64,000 nt of DNA, taken from an uncultured bacterium (lineage in GTDB: Bacteria > Patescibacteriota > Dojkabacteria > J137). Location of the stretch: the NCBI GenBank assembly GCA_963700155.1, contig OY969472.1, positions 66,058 through 130,057 of the forward strand, given 5' to 3'. Under the pieces are notes generated by a model. That model had not been told where the DNA came from, did no database searches, and saw only the letters and a program-made list of their open reading frames with translations. The translations under genes and the position numbers were made by a program. Positions 46,966 through 56,781 of this stretch are shown here, piece by piece (the stretch's first letter is position 1; each line of letters opens with the position of its first letter).

Positions 46966-48906
46966 ATGGCAAAAGTAGTAGGAATAGATTTAGGAACAAC
47001 TAACTCGGTTGTTGCATTCGTTCAGGCAGGTAAGCCTGAAGTTATTACCAGCAAAGAAGGTTCAAGATTAATCCCTTCTGTTGTTGCTATCGACAATAAA
47101 ACTGAAATTGTAGGAATCACAGCAAAAAACCAGATGGTAACTAATCCTGGACAGACTTTTTATTCAATAAAAAGATTAATCGGAAGACATTATGATGATC
47201 CTGAAGTTCAAAAAGATGTTAAATTACTCCCATTTGATATTAGAAAAGGAGACAAAGGTGGTGTGGAAATTAAATTTGGAGATGAATGGGTTGCTCCTGA
47301 AGTTATCTCTGCTAAAGTTCTTGCAAAGATAAAAACTGATGCTGAAGCTTATTTAGGAGAAAAAATTACTGAAGCTGTTATTACAGTACCGGCTTATTTT
47401 GATGACTCACAAAGACAAGCAACAAAAAATGCAGGTAAAATCGCTGGTTTCGATGTAAAAAGAATTATTAATGAACCTACTGCTGCAGCTATAGCTTATG
47501 GATTAGATAAGCAAGGAGATCAGACAATTGCAGTTTATGACTTAGGAGGAGGTACTTTTGATATTTCAATCTTAGAAATCGGAGATGGAGTTTATGAAGT
47601 TAAATCAACTAATGGAGACACACACCTTGGAGGTGATGACTTTGACCAGGCTTTGATTGACTACTTTACAGATGAATTCAAAAAGGGACAAGGAATTGAC
47701 TTAAGAGAAGATCCTACAGCTTTACAACGATTAAAAGAGGCTGCTGAAAAGGCTAAGATTACCTTATCAAGTTCAGAATCAACAGAAGTAAATCTTCCAT
47801 ATATTACAGCAGATGCAAAAGGCCCAAAACACTTCAGAATGAATATTACAAGAGCCCAATACGAAAAATTAGTTGGAGACTTGGTAGAAAAAACTTTTGC
47901 TGCAGTCGATAAAGCTATAAAAGATGCAGGAGTTTCAAAGAGCGATATTCATGAAGTTATTATGGTTGGAGGAATGACTAGAATGCCTTTAGTTTTGAGA
48001 AGGGTTGAAGAATATTTTGGAAAGAAACCAAACCAATCTGTTAATCCTGATGAAGTTGTAGCAGTTGGAGCTGCATTACAGGCTGCAGTATTAGCAGGAG
48101 ATTCAAATGTTCAGGATATTACTCTATTGGATGTAACTCCTCTTTCATTAGGAATAGAAGTTAATGCGGGGGAAATGCATGTATTAATTGCAAGAAATAC
48201 TACAATTCCAACAGAAAAATCTGAAGACATGTTTACTACTGCAGTTGATAATCAACCTGCAATTGATGTCAAAGTTCTCCAAGGAGAAAGACCACTAGCT
48301 AATGATAATAAAGTTTTAGGCACTTTCAGATTAGATGGCATTGCACCAGCACCAAGAGGAGTTCCAAGATTCTCGATAACATTTAAAATTGATGCAAACG
48401 GTATTTTAAACGTTAAAGCAAAAGATTTAGGGACAAATAAAGAGAAAGATATAACTATTACAGCTTCAACAAACATGGATCAATCAGAAATTGATAAAAG
48501 AGTTAAAGAAGCTGAAGAAAATAGAGCAAAAGACGATGCAGTCGTAGAAAGATTAAAAGCAAAAAATGAAGCTGATACTCTAGTCTATCAATCTGAAAAA
48601 TTAATAAGTGATAATAAAGAAAAAATAGGTGAAGATATGGTAAAGCAGATTGAAGAGAAAGTTAAGATTGTTAAGGATTTGATTTCAAAAGAAGACTTTA
48701 ATACAGAAGAAGTTAAAAAAGCGAGTGATGACTTAATGAATAAAATGCAGGAAGCAGGAGCAAAGGTTTATGAAGATATAAATAAAGCTGAAGCTGCTGC
48801 TCAGGAAGGGTCTAAAGATAGTCAAGCAGATAATCCAGAAGATAAAAAAGATGCTGACAAACCTGCAGAAGGAGAAGTTATAGAACCAGAAGATAAGAAA
48901 GAGTAA
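46966..48906 (+). CDS. dnaK: molecular chaperone DnaK (Hsp70)
   Basis: [24 protein letters not shown] Hsp70 signatures. Confidence 0.95.
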   Translation: MAKVVGIDLGTTNSVVAFVQAGKPEVITSKEGSRLIPSVVAIDNKTEIVGITAKNQMVTNPGQTFYSIKRLIGRHYDDPEVQKDVKLLPFDIRKGDKGGVEIKFGDEWVAPEVISAKVLAKIKTDAEAYLGEKITEAVITVPAYFDDSQRQATKNAGKIAGFDVKRIINEPTAAAIAYGLDKQGDQTIAVYDLGGGTFDISILEIGDGVYEVKSTNGDTHLGGDDFDQALIDYFTDEFKKGQGIDLREDPTALQRLKEAAEKAKITLSSSESTEVNLPYITADAKGPKHFRMNITRAQYEKLVGDLVEKTFAAVDKAIKDAGVSKSDIHEVIMVGGMTRMPLVLRRVEEYFGKKPNQSVNPDEVVAVGAALQAAVLAGDSNVQDITLLDVTPLSLGIEVNAGEMHVLIARNTTIPTEKSEDMFTTAVDNQPAIDVKVLQGERPLANDNKVLGTFRLDGIAPAPRGVPRFSITFKIDANGILNVKAKDLGTNKEKDITITASTNMDQSEIDKRVKEAEENRAKDDAVVERLKAKNEADTLVYQSEKLISDNKEKIGEDMVKQIEEKVKIVKDLISKEDFNTEEVKKASDDLMNKMQEAGAKVYEDINKAEAAAQEGSKDSQADNPEDKKDADKPAEGEVIEPEDKKE

Positions 48907-48926
48907 AAGCTACAAAATATTAAGAT

Positions 48927-48962
48927 AAAAAAAGGGGGTTTTCTTTGAAAACCCCCTTTTTT
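48927..48962. terminator. bidirectional rho-independent terminator after dnaK
   Basis: A-run, GGGGGTTTT-CTTTG-AAAACCCCC, T-run. Confidence 0.7.
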
Positions 48963-48984
48963 ATAACTACAATCTTTAATTTAA

Positions 48985-49227
48985 TTATTTTGTAAAATAT
49001 TCATAATACTTCTGTATTTCTACATTATAATCAGTATTTAGTGCTGATTCATATACTTCAGATAAAAGAGTAATTGCTTCTTCTTTTAAATTACTTAAAG
49101 TTTCTTGGTCAATTTCTTGATCGAGCTCTTCAGTTAATTTTTTGTAAATCTGTCTAAGTCTATTCATACAATCTTTAACGTTTATTACTTCGTGATTTGA
49201 AGATTGTTTTAAAAATGAAGAATCCAT
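48985..49227 (-). CDS. hypothetical protein
   Basis: 80-aa ORF. Confidence 0.3.
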   Translation of the reverse strand: MDSSFLKQSSNHEVINVKDCMNRLRQIYKKLTEELDQEIDQETLSNLKEEAITLLSEVYESALNTDYNVEIQKYYEYFTK

Positions 49228-49243
49228 ATATATTAAATAATAA

Positions 49244-49699
49244 TTAAGCTTCTAAAATTTTTAGTTCTTTTTTCTTATGGTCTAATAAAATATTCATTAA
49301 ATTACTAACATTAAGTTTAACATCATTTTCGCTATCAACGTTTATAATACCAATATGTTTTAAATATTCTAATAAATTATCATAAAGTGACTGAAAAAAT
49401 TCTTTTAGAATACCTACGGTAATCCCTGAAGTTTCGATAGCGCCTTTTTCAAGATCCACAAAAAGATTCATTATATTCTTCCAATTTTCTTCAAGTTTAA
49501 CTAATTCATTTGATCTCAAAATTGTAGTATTTCTAAAAAATAACTTTCTATTAAATTCATTAAGAAATAGAAGTGATTGTTTTATTTCATCAGGAAGATC
49601 AATTACTTCACAATTGTTTTTAACTTGATTAAACTTTACAAGAGAATCTCTTGCAGTTAAGTTTACCTCGTCAACTGTCAAAGTTTTTTTATTGGGCAT
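49244..49699 (-). CDS. hypothetical protein
   Basis: 151-aa ORF. Confidence 0.3.
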   Translation of the reverse strand: MPNKKTLTVDEVNLTARDSLVKFNQVKNNCEVIDLPDEIKQSLLFLNEFNRKLFFRNTTILRSNELVKLEENWKNIMNLFVDLEKGAIETSGITVGILKEFFQSLYDNLLEYLKHIGIINVDSENDVKLNVSNLMNILLDHKKKELKILEA

Positions 49700-49812
49700 A
49701 ATATGACTATAACATGTAGATTCATTGGATTATATAAACTGTTAAATAATTAATCAAATAATTTTATCTGATATAATCCTTAAATATTTATAGTATTTGA
49801 TATAATAATTAA

Positions 49813-50196
49813 GTGAAAGATAACCTCAAACGAAAAACTGTTTCTAATAAGGGTATTACTTTTCCTAAAGAACTTAATATTTATGAGCATAAAACAGTTA
49901 TAGATGAATCTGTTCTAAAAAATATTGAGCTTTTTATATCAATAATTTATCAACGTATCTTCGACTATAATTATGATATTCCAATCAATTTTAGAGTAAG
50001 AGCAGGACTAGCATATAGAGCTATATCTGAAAGAATGGATTTTAGTAAAGCTATTGAAATTCTCGCAGATTTTGAGGAAATTTATAAAGAGCGATATTTC
50101 GAACATCTTCGAGAAGAAGATTTAAGATTATTTAGAAAAGTACATAATTTAAAAGAGTCATATTTCAAATGCAGAGAAGCATTACAAGAATCATAA
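49813..50196 (+). CDS. hypothetical protein
   Basis: 127-aa ORF, abuts the asnS stop. Confidence 0.3.
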   Translation: MKDNLKRKTVSNKGITFPKELNIYEHKTVIDESVLKNIELFISIIYQRIFDYNYDIPINFRVRAGLAYRAISERMDFSKAIEILADFEEIYKERYFEHLREEDLRLFRKVHNLKESYFKCREALQES

Positions 50197-51510
50197 TCAT
50201 GGTTTATTTAAAACAGTTGTCCTTGGGAAAGGAATTGTTTCTCTAATGTGGTGAACTCCAGAAATCCATCTTACAGTTCTTTCTAATCCAATTCCAAAAC
50301 CAGAGTGAGGAACAGAACCGTATTTTCTAACATTCAAATACCATTCATAATCTTTCATATCATATTTTCTTGCAATTAATTCACTCAACAATTTCTCATA
50401 ATCATCTTCTCTTTGACTTCCGCCAATAATTTCCCTCGCTTCTTCAGGTGCTATTAAATCAGAACAAACCGCTCTTTTTAAACCTCTTTCATCAACATAA
50501 TTTTTCATGTAAAAGGCTTTTACATCAAATGGATAATCTTCAATAAATACCGGGACCTGAAAATGATTTCCTATTTCAATCTCTTCTTCTGTTGTCATAT
50601 CGTCATTATAATCAACTTTCATTCCTTTCTCTTCCAGTAGTTTTTTAGCATCATAATGTTTCATTCTTATAAAAGATTCATTAACTATCTTATCCATTAA
50701 AGAAATATCACGCTCTAAAATTTTAAGTTCAGTTTTACAATTTTCAAGAGCATCTTTAAGGATTCTTTTTACTAATCTTTCTTGTAAATCTTCATTCATT
50801 TGCTGGTCATGAAAAGCCATTTCAGCATCCATCATCCAAAACTCTGAAAGATGATTTCTTGTTTTAGATTTTTCTGCTCTAAAGACGGGACCAAAATCAT
50901 ATACCTTACCAAATCCCATAATTCCTGCTTCCGAATACAGCTGACCAGATTGCGTCAAATACATTTTGGTCCCGTAATAATCAAGATCAAAAAGTTGAGT
51001 TGTATCTTCACAAGAAGTTGGCTGTAAAATTGGAGTATCAAATCTTATAAATCCTTCTTCGGCAAAAAAGTTAGTTATCGATAAAAATACCTGATTGCGG
51101 ATTCTTAGTACTGCCCAGGGAGTTTTTGATCGCAAATAGAGATCTCTATTTTCGAACAAAAACTCCGGTCCATGATCTTTTTTGCCGATTGGATATTCTG
51201 GAGCTAAACTTACAATTTCTAAATCAGTGACTAGAATTTCATATTCATCTTTTGAAGGATGTTTTGAAACTATACCAGATACAACACAAGAAGATTCAAT
51301 TGTTACATCTTCTGATGCCTTCCAAACTTCCTCTGAAACCTTAACTTTTTCTAAAACTCCCTGTGTAAAACCTGAACCATCTCTTAGTTGCAAAAAAGCT
51401 ATCTTTCCAGAAGATCTTTTATTATATAACCATCCCAAAACTTTAACTTCTTGAGCTATTTTACCTTTTAAGGAAGTTATACTATCTACATCTTTTTCTG
51501 ATAATTTCAT
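50197..51510 (-). CDS. asnS: asparaginyl-tRNA synthetase (class IIb; archaeal-type AspRS not excluded)
   Basis: FRAEKSKTRNHLSEFWMMDAEMAF and GFGIGLERTVRW...FPR class II motifs; 437 aa. Confidence 0.7.
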   Translation of the reverse strand: MKLSEKDVDSITSLKGKIAQEVKVLGWLYNKRSSGKIAFLQLRDGSGFTQGVLEKVKVSEEVWKASEDVTIESSCVVSGIVSKHPSKDEYEILVTDLEIVSLAPEYPIGKKDHGPEFLFENRDLYLRSKTPWAVLRIRNQVFLSITNFFAEEGFIRFDTPILQPTSCEDTTQLFDLDYYGTKMYLTQSGQLYSEAGIMGFGKVYDFGPVFRAEKSKTRNHLSEFWMMDAEMAFHDQQMNEDLQERLVKRILKDALENCKTELKILERDISLMDKIVNESFIRMKHYDAKKLLEEKGMKVDYNDDMTTEEEIEIGNHFQVPVFIEDYPFDVKAFYMKNYVDERGLKRAVCSDLIAPEEAREIIGGSQREDDYEKLLSELIARKYDMKDYEWYLNVRKYGSVPHSGFGIGLERTVRWISGVHHIRETIPFPRTTVLNKP

Positions 51511-51525
51511 ATTTTCTTAATAAAA

Positions 51526-51552
51526 TATAAAAAAATCCCTTTTTAGGGATTT
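51526..51552 (-). terminator. rho-independent terminator (minus strand) between the 51670 gene and asnS
   Basis: AAATCCC-TTTTTA-GGGATTT followed by T-run on the minus strand. Confidence 0.55.
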
Positions 51553-51669
51553 ATTATTATTTCAACAATAATAATCCCTCCCATTAATGAGAGTTGTTAT
51601 TTTGATTATTATTGTTAGTATTTATTTTCATCAAAATGATTATATCCTTACCTGTTTTAAATTTCAACC

Positions 51670-51996
51670 TTAGTTAGAAGGATAAGAAACTGGATTCTGA
51701 TTTGAATTAGAATTCTGACTATTCGAAGTTGCATTATTTCCATTACCGAATATATCTGAATTTCTTCCTTGATTAATTTCATCAATTACAACATTTACAA
51801 CATCGCCAATTAGAGGGATCTGTCTCGATCGTGAAATTATAAGTCCCAAAACACCTACTATAATAGTCGCACCAATAATTCCCCCTGCTCCCCAAGCAAG
51901 ACCACCTATTAAGTTATCAATAAAAATCTTACCTCTTGGTTTTTCTGTTACATTATTATATTTATCTTTTAATTGAAATTCTTCGTTATTACTCAT
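51670..51996 (-). CDS. small membrane protein
   Basis: central G/A-rich TM helix; N/S-rich C-terminus. Confidence 0.3.
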   Translation of the reverse strand: MSNNEEFQLKDKYNNVTEKPRGKIFIDNLIGGLAWGAGGIIGATIIVGVLGLIISRSRQIPLIGDVVNVVIDEINQGRNSDIFGNGNNATSNSQNSNSNQNPVSYPSN

Positions 51997-52076
51997 ATTT
52001 GGTAGTATTTGAAAATACTACTAAGTGTATTATATTTTCTTATAGAAATAAAGAATATGGAGCTTTGATAAAACGA

Positions 52077-52292
52077 TTATATTGAAATATTTTTGTTCTT
52101 TTTAATATTAACTTTTTTAACATATCCTGTAATTGTATTTTTTAAATTGGATAAATATTCTTCTTCTAATAACTTCGGCTTTTTTATACCTTTCTTTTTT
52201 ATATTATTATTTTTTAATTTATACTTTTCTTCCAAAATATCTAGTGATGCTTTAACATCGGCAAGTTGTTTTCTACTTTTAACCTTCTGCAT
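52077..52292 (-). CDS. small lysine-rich basic protein
   Basis: 71 aa, more than 25% Lys. Confidence 0.25.
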   Translation of the reverse strand: MQKVKSRKQLADVKASLDILEEKYKLKNNNIKKKGIKKPKLLEEEYLSNLKNTITGYVKKVNIKKNKNISI

Positions 52293-52398
52293 TTATTTAA
52301 TTATTAAAATTTAAGTTAGAATATAAAGTCAACAAAATTATTTAATAATAGTATAAAATTTTAGAACATCAGTAAATTAATTGTAAAAACTTTGTAAA

Positions 52399-52596
52399 AT
52401 GAAAAAAACAAATAAAACATATGCTAATAATCTAAGTGATATAAGGCATGACCTTAAAAATAGTTTAACAATAATTCAAGGATATTCCGAACTACTTTCT
52501 AAAAGAATTAAAACAGAAAAAGAAAAAAAATGGATACAAGAAATTTTAAATGAATCGAAAAAACTTTACGAAATTATTGATATTAGGATAAGATAA
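52399..52596 (+). CDS. orphan HisKA (DHp) domain protein, 65 aa
   Basis: H-box-like IRHDLKNSLTIIQGYSELL with no ATPase domain; converges on the response regulator gene. Confidence 0.35.
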   Translation: MKKTNKTYANNLSDIRHDLKNSLTIIQGYSELLSKRIKTEKEKKWIQEILNESKKLYEIIDIRIR

Positions 52597-52601
52597 CTAA
52601 A

Positions 52602-53270
52602 CTATTCCTTTATTGAATAACCAAAACCTCTTGCAGAGTGTATCAGTTTTTTCTTATGACCTTTATCTATTTTTTTTCTCAAACTACTTATAAAGACATC
52701 AACAACTCTTGTCTCTATATCAGGAGCAAATACCCAAATTCTGTTTAAAATCATTTCTCTTGTTAATACCTGATTCTTGTTTAATATTAAGTATTCAAGT
52801 AATTTATATTCCCTTGGAGATAAATTTATTAATTTCCCATTTCTTGATACTTCAAATGTTTTCCTATTTAAAATAAGATCATCAAGTTTTAATTCAGAGT
52901 CATCACCTTCAGAATTTTTCAATCTAGTTCTGATTCTTGCTAAAAATTCATCAGCAACAAAAGGTTTAGAAATGTAATCATCAGCACCTAAATTAAGCAG
53001 ATTCACAACATCACTTGTTTCGTTTTTTCCAGTCAAAACTATGATAGGCAAATCCTTATGTTTTTTCCTTATTTCTTGACAAACTGATTCACCAGAAATA
53101 TCAGGTAGCTTTAAATCTAAAACTACTAAATCTGGAATTGAGGAGGATAAAATATTTAATGCCTCTGAACCATCTGAAGCTATCTTTGCATAAAAATCAT
53201 TCTCAGTAAGAAGTTCCTTTAAATAATTCTGTAATGAAACATCATCGTCAACCACAAGTATTGTTTGCAT
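52602..53270 (-). CDS. OmpR-family response regulator
   Basis: receiver domain (VVDDD...DLVVLDLKLPD) plus winged helix (LTREMILNRIW). Confidence 0.8.
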   Translation of the reverse strand: MQTILVVDDDVSLQNYLKELLTENDFYAKIASDGSEALNILSSSIPDLVVLDLKLPDISGESVCQEIRKKHKDLPIIVLTGKNETSDVVNLLNLGADDYISKPFVADEFLARIRTRLKNSEGDDSELKLDDLILNRKTFEVSRNGKLINLSPREYKLLEYLILNKNQVLTREMILNRIWVFAPDIETRVVDVFISSLRKKIDKGHKKKLIHSARGFGYSIKE

Positions 53271-53331
53271 TTTTTAGATTTCTAAAATATTTAAATTATA
53301 GACTATAATTTGTAAAATACATAACCTTGAT

Positions 53332-53709
53332 TTAATTAATTGCTTCTTTAACCTTATCTAATAATAATTCTACTTCAAAAGGTTTTTTTATATATCCACT
53401 TACATTAGCTTTTTTTGCAATTTGATCAACCTCATTTAAAGCAGAAATGAAAAGGATTGGAATCTCTCCAACTGAAACTTCCTTATTAATTTTATCTACT
53501 ACTTCCCTACCATCACAACTCTTCATCCAAAGATCAAGTAATATAAGATCTGGCTTAAAATCTTTAACTAAACTTAAAATTCTTTCACAACTAGATGTCA
53601 GTAAGGTCTTATATCCATTATCTTCAAGAATGATGCCTAAAACTTCTAAAATACTTTCTTCATCATCACACACTAGTATTTTTTTCATTTTTTTATTATT
53701 TTTTTTCAT
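53332..53709 (-). CDS. single-domain CheY-like response regulator
   Basis: ILVCDDEESI...DLILLDLWM receiver motifs, no output domain. Confidence 0.7.
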   Translation of the reverse strand: MKKNNKKMKKILVCDDEESILEVLGIILEDNGYKTLLTSSCERILSLVKDFKPDLILLDLWMKSCDGREVVDKINKEVSVGEIPILFISALNEVDQIAKKANVSGYIKKPFEVELLLDKVKEAIN

Positions 53710-53725
53710 AGTAAAATTTTAATAT

Positions 53726-54148
53726 TTAACTATCTTGCTGATGAGCAACTTTTTTATATAGTGGTATTGTCACATAAAATGTTGATCCTTTCCCTTTTTC
53801 GCTTTCAACTTCAATTCTACCTTGATGCTTCTTTATTATTTCTGAAGAGATATATAGTCCTAATCCAAGGCCAAAGAATCTATTTTGTTTATTTTCTTCG
53901 CTAATATAAAATCTTTTAAAAATTTTCTTTTGATCATCTTTATTTATTCCAATGCCATAATCTTTCACACTCATAACAACATTACTCTTCCCTTTCTTAA
54001 TATCAATAATAATTTTATTACTACTCGGGGAATACTTAACAGCATTATTAAGTAAATTTATAATCACTTGTTCTATTCTTCTTTTATCAGCATAAATAAA
54101 TGTTTCTATATTATTTAATTTCACTAATTTATGTGTTGGATAAGTCAT
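53726..54148 (-). CDS. histidine kinase, HATPase_c part (frame-shifted from the upstream part)
   Basis: N box NLLNNAVKYS, G boxes DYGIGI and GLGLGL; the frame extends upstream as VSHLLDVSRLQAGRLSLEK. Confidence 0.6.
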   Translation of the reverse strand: MTYPTHKLVKLNNIETFIYADKRRIEQVIINLLNNAVKYSPSSNKIIIDIKKGKSNVVMSVKDYGIGINKDDQKKIFKRFYISEENKQNRFFGLGLGLYISSEIIKKHQGRIEVESEKGKGSTFYVTIPLYKKVAHQQDS

Positions 54149-54203
54149 TTGAAGATTTTCGATAGTATCGTTTAATAGAACATTAAAATCAAAAACTTGT
54201 TTT

Positions 54204-55877
54204 TCAAGAGATAATCTTCCAGCTTGAAGTCTTGAGACATCTAATAAATGACTTACTAAGATTCGTTAGGTTATCAACTTGTATATCCATTTTTTTTAAA
54301 TATGATAATGATTTTTCATCATCTTCTTTTTTAGATCTATGAATTAAAATCTGGGTGAATGCCTTTATTGTAGTAATCGGAGTCTTAAGCTCATGACTTG
54401 CAATACTCATGAACTCATCTTTTAATCTTTCTCTTTCTCGTGTTTCAGTTATATCACTCGCAATATTTATTGCAAGCTTAATTTTCTTTTGATCATCAAA
54501 AATGCCTGTTGATTTTATTTTAAGCCAACGATATTTTTTCCCCAATTTATCATATAATCTAAATGTTTTATCAACTTCTTTTTTTTCACCTTTTAAAACT
54601 TTTGTAGCTGGGAGATCTTTATTACCTGCTGTTTTACCATTCTCATCAAAAAGTTCAAATCTTGATGCTAAATTTTCTGCTAATCCTTTTGGTTCTAACT
54701 TCCATATTTCTTCAGCTGAACTATACCCCAATAATTCTGCAGCCTTATCATTTAAGAATATAGTTTTACCTTTCTCATCTTGAACTGAAATAGCATCTGC
54801 TACATTTTGAAAAATGACTTCTAGCTGATCTCTAGATTCTTTAAGTTTACGTTCATTTTGTTTTCTTTCACTAATATCCAACACATAGCTTAAATGAATT
54901 CCTTTATCATAATCAATCATTATTCTTGCAACTAATGCTTGAACTCTACTCCCATCTTTTTTTAGGTATACTTTTTCATATGTATCTGTAACACCTTTAT
55001 TCTTAAGAATTTTAGCTTGTTTATTATCAATTTCCTTATATTTTTTTGGGGTTATCTTATTCCAGTTAAGAAATCCTTTATCTAGTTCTTCTCTTGAGTA
55101 ACCAAGCATATTTAAGAAAGCAGTATTTACATCAATAATTTTCCAATTTAAATCTGCAATAACTATTCCAATTACATTTGAATTAACAAATTTCTTATAA
55201 TAAGATTCATTTTTTCTCATCACCTCCTCCCTTTCTTTAAAACTTGTTATATCTCTTAAATATAGAGCTAATCCATTATTCTGGAGAGTTGGGAAAGCAT
55301 GAATTTCGAGCCATTTATTATTATCTGGAAAGTAATTATCAAAAGAAATAGACTCATTATTTGTTAAAGCATTATTAATCATCTTAGAAAAATCAGTTTC
55401 CTTAGAATTTGGGAACAAACTCCAAAAATCTTCTCCAATAATATTACTCTTTGGAGTTTTTAGAAGTACCTCAGCTTCATGATTTAAATAAACAACCTTC
55501 CAAGCTGAATCAATACTAAGAAAAGCGTCATTAATGCTGTCCATAAGAATCTGAATTTTTTCTGAGGAGCTTTTTAAATCTGTTTTCATTTCTTCAATTT
55601 CCATTAGTTGCATTCTGCTTTTTTTTATTGCAGTATGCATATTTTCAGCCAGATAACATATAACTGTTGAAAGTATTAAAAAAATAATTAGAAGAGTAAC
55701 ATCCTCAGTAGTTGCTACCCTCAAAGAACCAACTGGAGACTGCAAAAAATAATTTATTAAGAAAGCCGAGAATAATGTAGTAATTAATCCATAATAAAAT
55801 CCTTGAAACCAAGAAGAAACAATAACACCTAATAGAAAAAACAAATATACCCCACTATTATTTGAATTACCAAACAA
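54204..55877 (-). CDS. histidine kinase, TM, PAS and HisKA part (frame-shifted from the ATPase part)
   Basis: two PAS-like domains and H-box SHELKTPIT; ends 55 nt before the ATPase ORF. Confidence 0.6.
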   Translation of the reverse strand: MFGNSNNSGVYLFFLLGVIVSSWFQGFYYGLITTLFSAFLINYFLQSPVGSLRVATTEDVTLLIIFLILSTVICYLAENMHTAIKKSRMQLMEIEEMKTDLKSSSEKIQILMDSINDAFLSIDSAWKVVYLNHEAEVLLKTPKSNIIGEDFWSLFPNSKETDFSKMINNALTNNESISFDNYFPDNNKWLEIHAFPTLQNNGLALYLRDITSFKEREEVMRKNESYYKKFVNSNVIGIVIADLNWKIIDVNTAFLNMLGYSREELDKGFLNWNKITPKKYKEIDNKQAKILKNKGVTDTYEKVYLKKDGSRVQALVARIMIDYDKGIHLSYVLDISERKQNERKLKESRDQLEVIFQNVADAISVQDEKGKTIFLNDKAAELLGYSSAEEIWKLEPKGLAENLASRFELFDENGKTAGNKDLPATKVLKGEKKEVDKTFRLYDKLGKKYRWLKIKSTGIFDDQKKIKLAINIASDITETRERERLKDEFMSIASHELKTPITTIKAFTQILIHRSKKEDDEKSLSYLKKMDIQVDNLTNLSKSFIRCLKTSSWKIIS

Positions 55878-56070
55878 TAGATACCTTAAAACAAATATGG
55901 CGAGGGCGATAAAGATCGCCCTCGCTACTTTGTAGCTAATTCTTACATATTTATTTTTGAATATTTTTGCTAGTTTTATATATAAAGTTTAATATATAAA
56001 TTCACCGAAGAATAATATTAAATTATATCATGGTAAAATTTCATAAATTTATCTTACTGACAGCTTAAAA

Positions 56071-56781
56071 ATGAATATAGTAATAAAATTTTCAAGAAAG
56101 CCTGGAGGATTCTCCGAAAAATTAGAAGAATTTGATATTTCAAAAATAGACGACTTAAATAGAGAAATATTTGAATTTATAGATCCAGAAACCAATGAAA
56201 GATTGGTTGAAAAAACTAATGCAATATTTAACTTTTTACAACAGCTTGGAATAAATCAAAAAATGATAACAGCTAAATATAGATCTAAAGATTATCAAAT
56301 TTTAGTTGAAAACAATGCAAATGTTCTTGTTATTGGTGTGAAAAAAACCACAACTGCTAAAGATTTAGATTCACTTTTTGGAGTTGAGTTCGATCCAATA
56401 GATGAATATGGCCCAATCTGTGAAATCAGAGATTTTACTTTTGTAGTTAATCCTAAATCTTCAATTGTTATAAACACTTCTAATACTCTTAGATTTTTAA
56501 ATATTATAAAAGATGACTTAGAGAAAGAAATAAAAGACAAATTGACTCATGAGATAGAGGGAAAAGAAAATGAAGCTGAAGAGTCGGATAATACACCGGA
56601 AACTAACAACACTATCGAACATAATCAAACTAGAGTTGAGAATGATTCTACAAAAAATAAGAAAAAACCTAATAGTGAGGAACCAACCAGTGAACATACA
56701 GGAAAGAATTATAGAGAAGGTGGAGAAACTCTCAGAAAGTATTTGAAAGATTTAAAACGAAGGGATCAAGATGAGCCTTAG
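56071..56781 (+). CDS. hypothetical acidic protein
   Basis: 236-aa ORF, E/K/N/T-rich C-terminus. Confidence 0.3.
   Translation: MNIVIKFSRKPGGFSEKLEEFDISKIDDLNREIFEFIDPETNERLVEKTNAIFNFLQQLGINQKMITAKYRSKDYQILVENNANVLVIGVKKTTTAKDLDSLFGVEFDPIDEYGPICEIRDFTFVVNPKSSIVINTSNTLRFLNIIKDDLEKEIKDKLTHEIEGKENEAEESDNTPETNNTIEHNQTRVENDSTKNKKKPNSEEPTSEHTGKNYREGGETLRKYLKDLKRRDQDEP

Noticed and set aside
52093-52314. 73-aa plus-strand ORF antisense to the lysine-rich small gene
   Set aside because: It is Phe/Leu-rich antisense translation of an A-rich region, so it is spurious.
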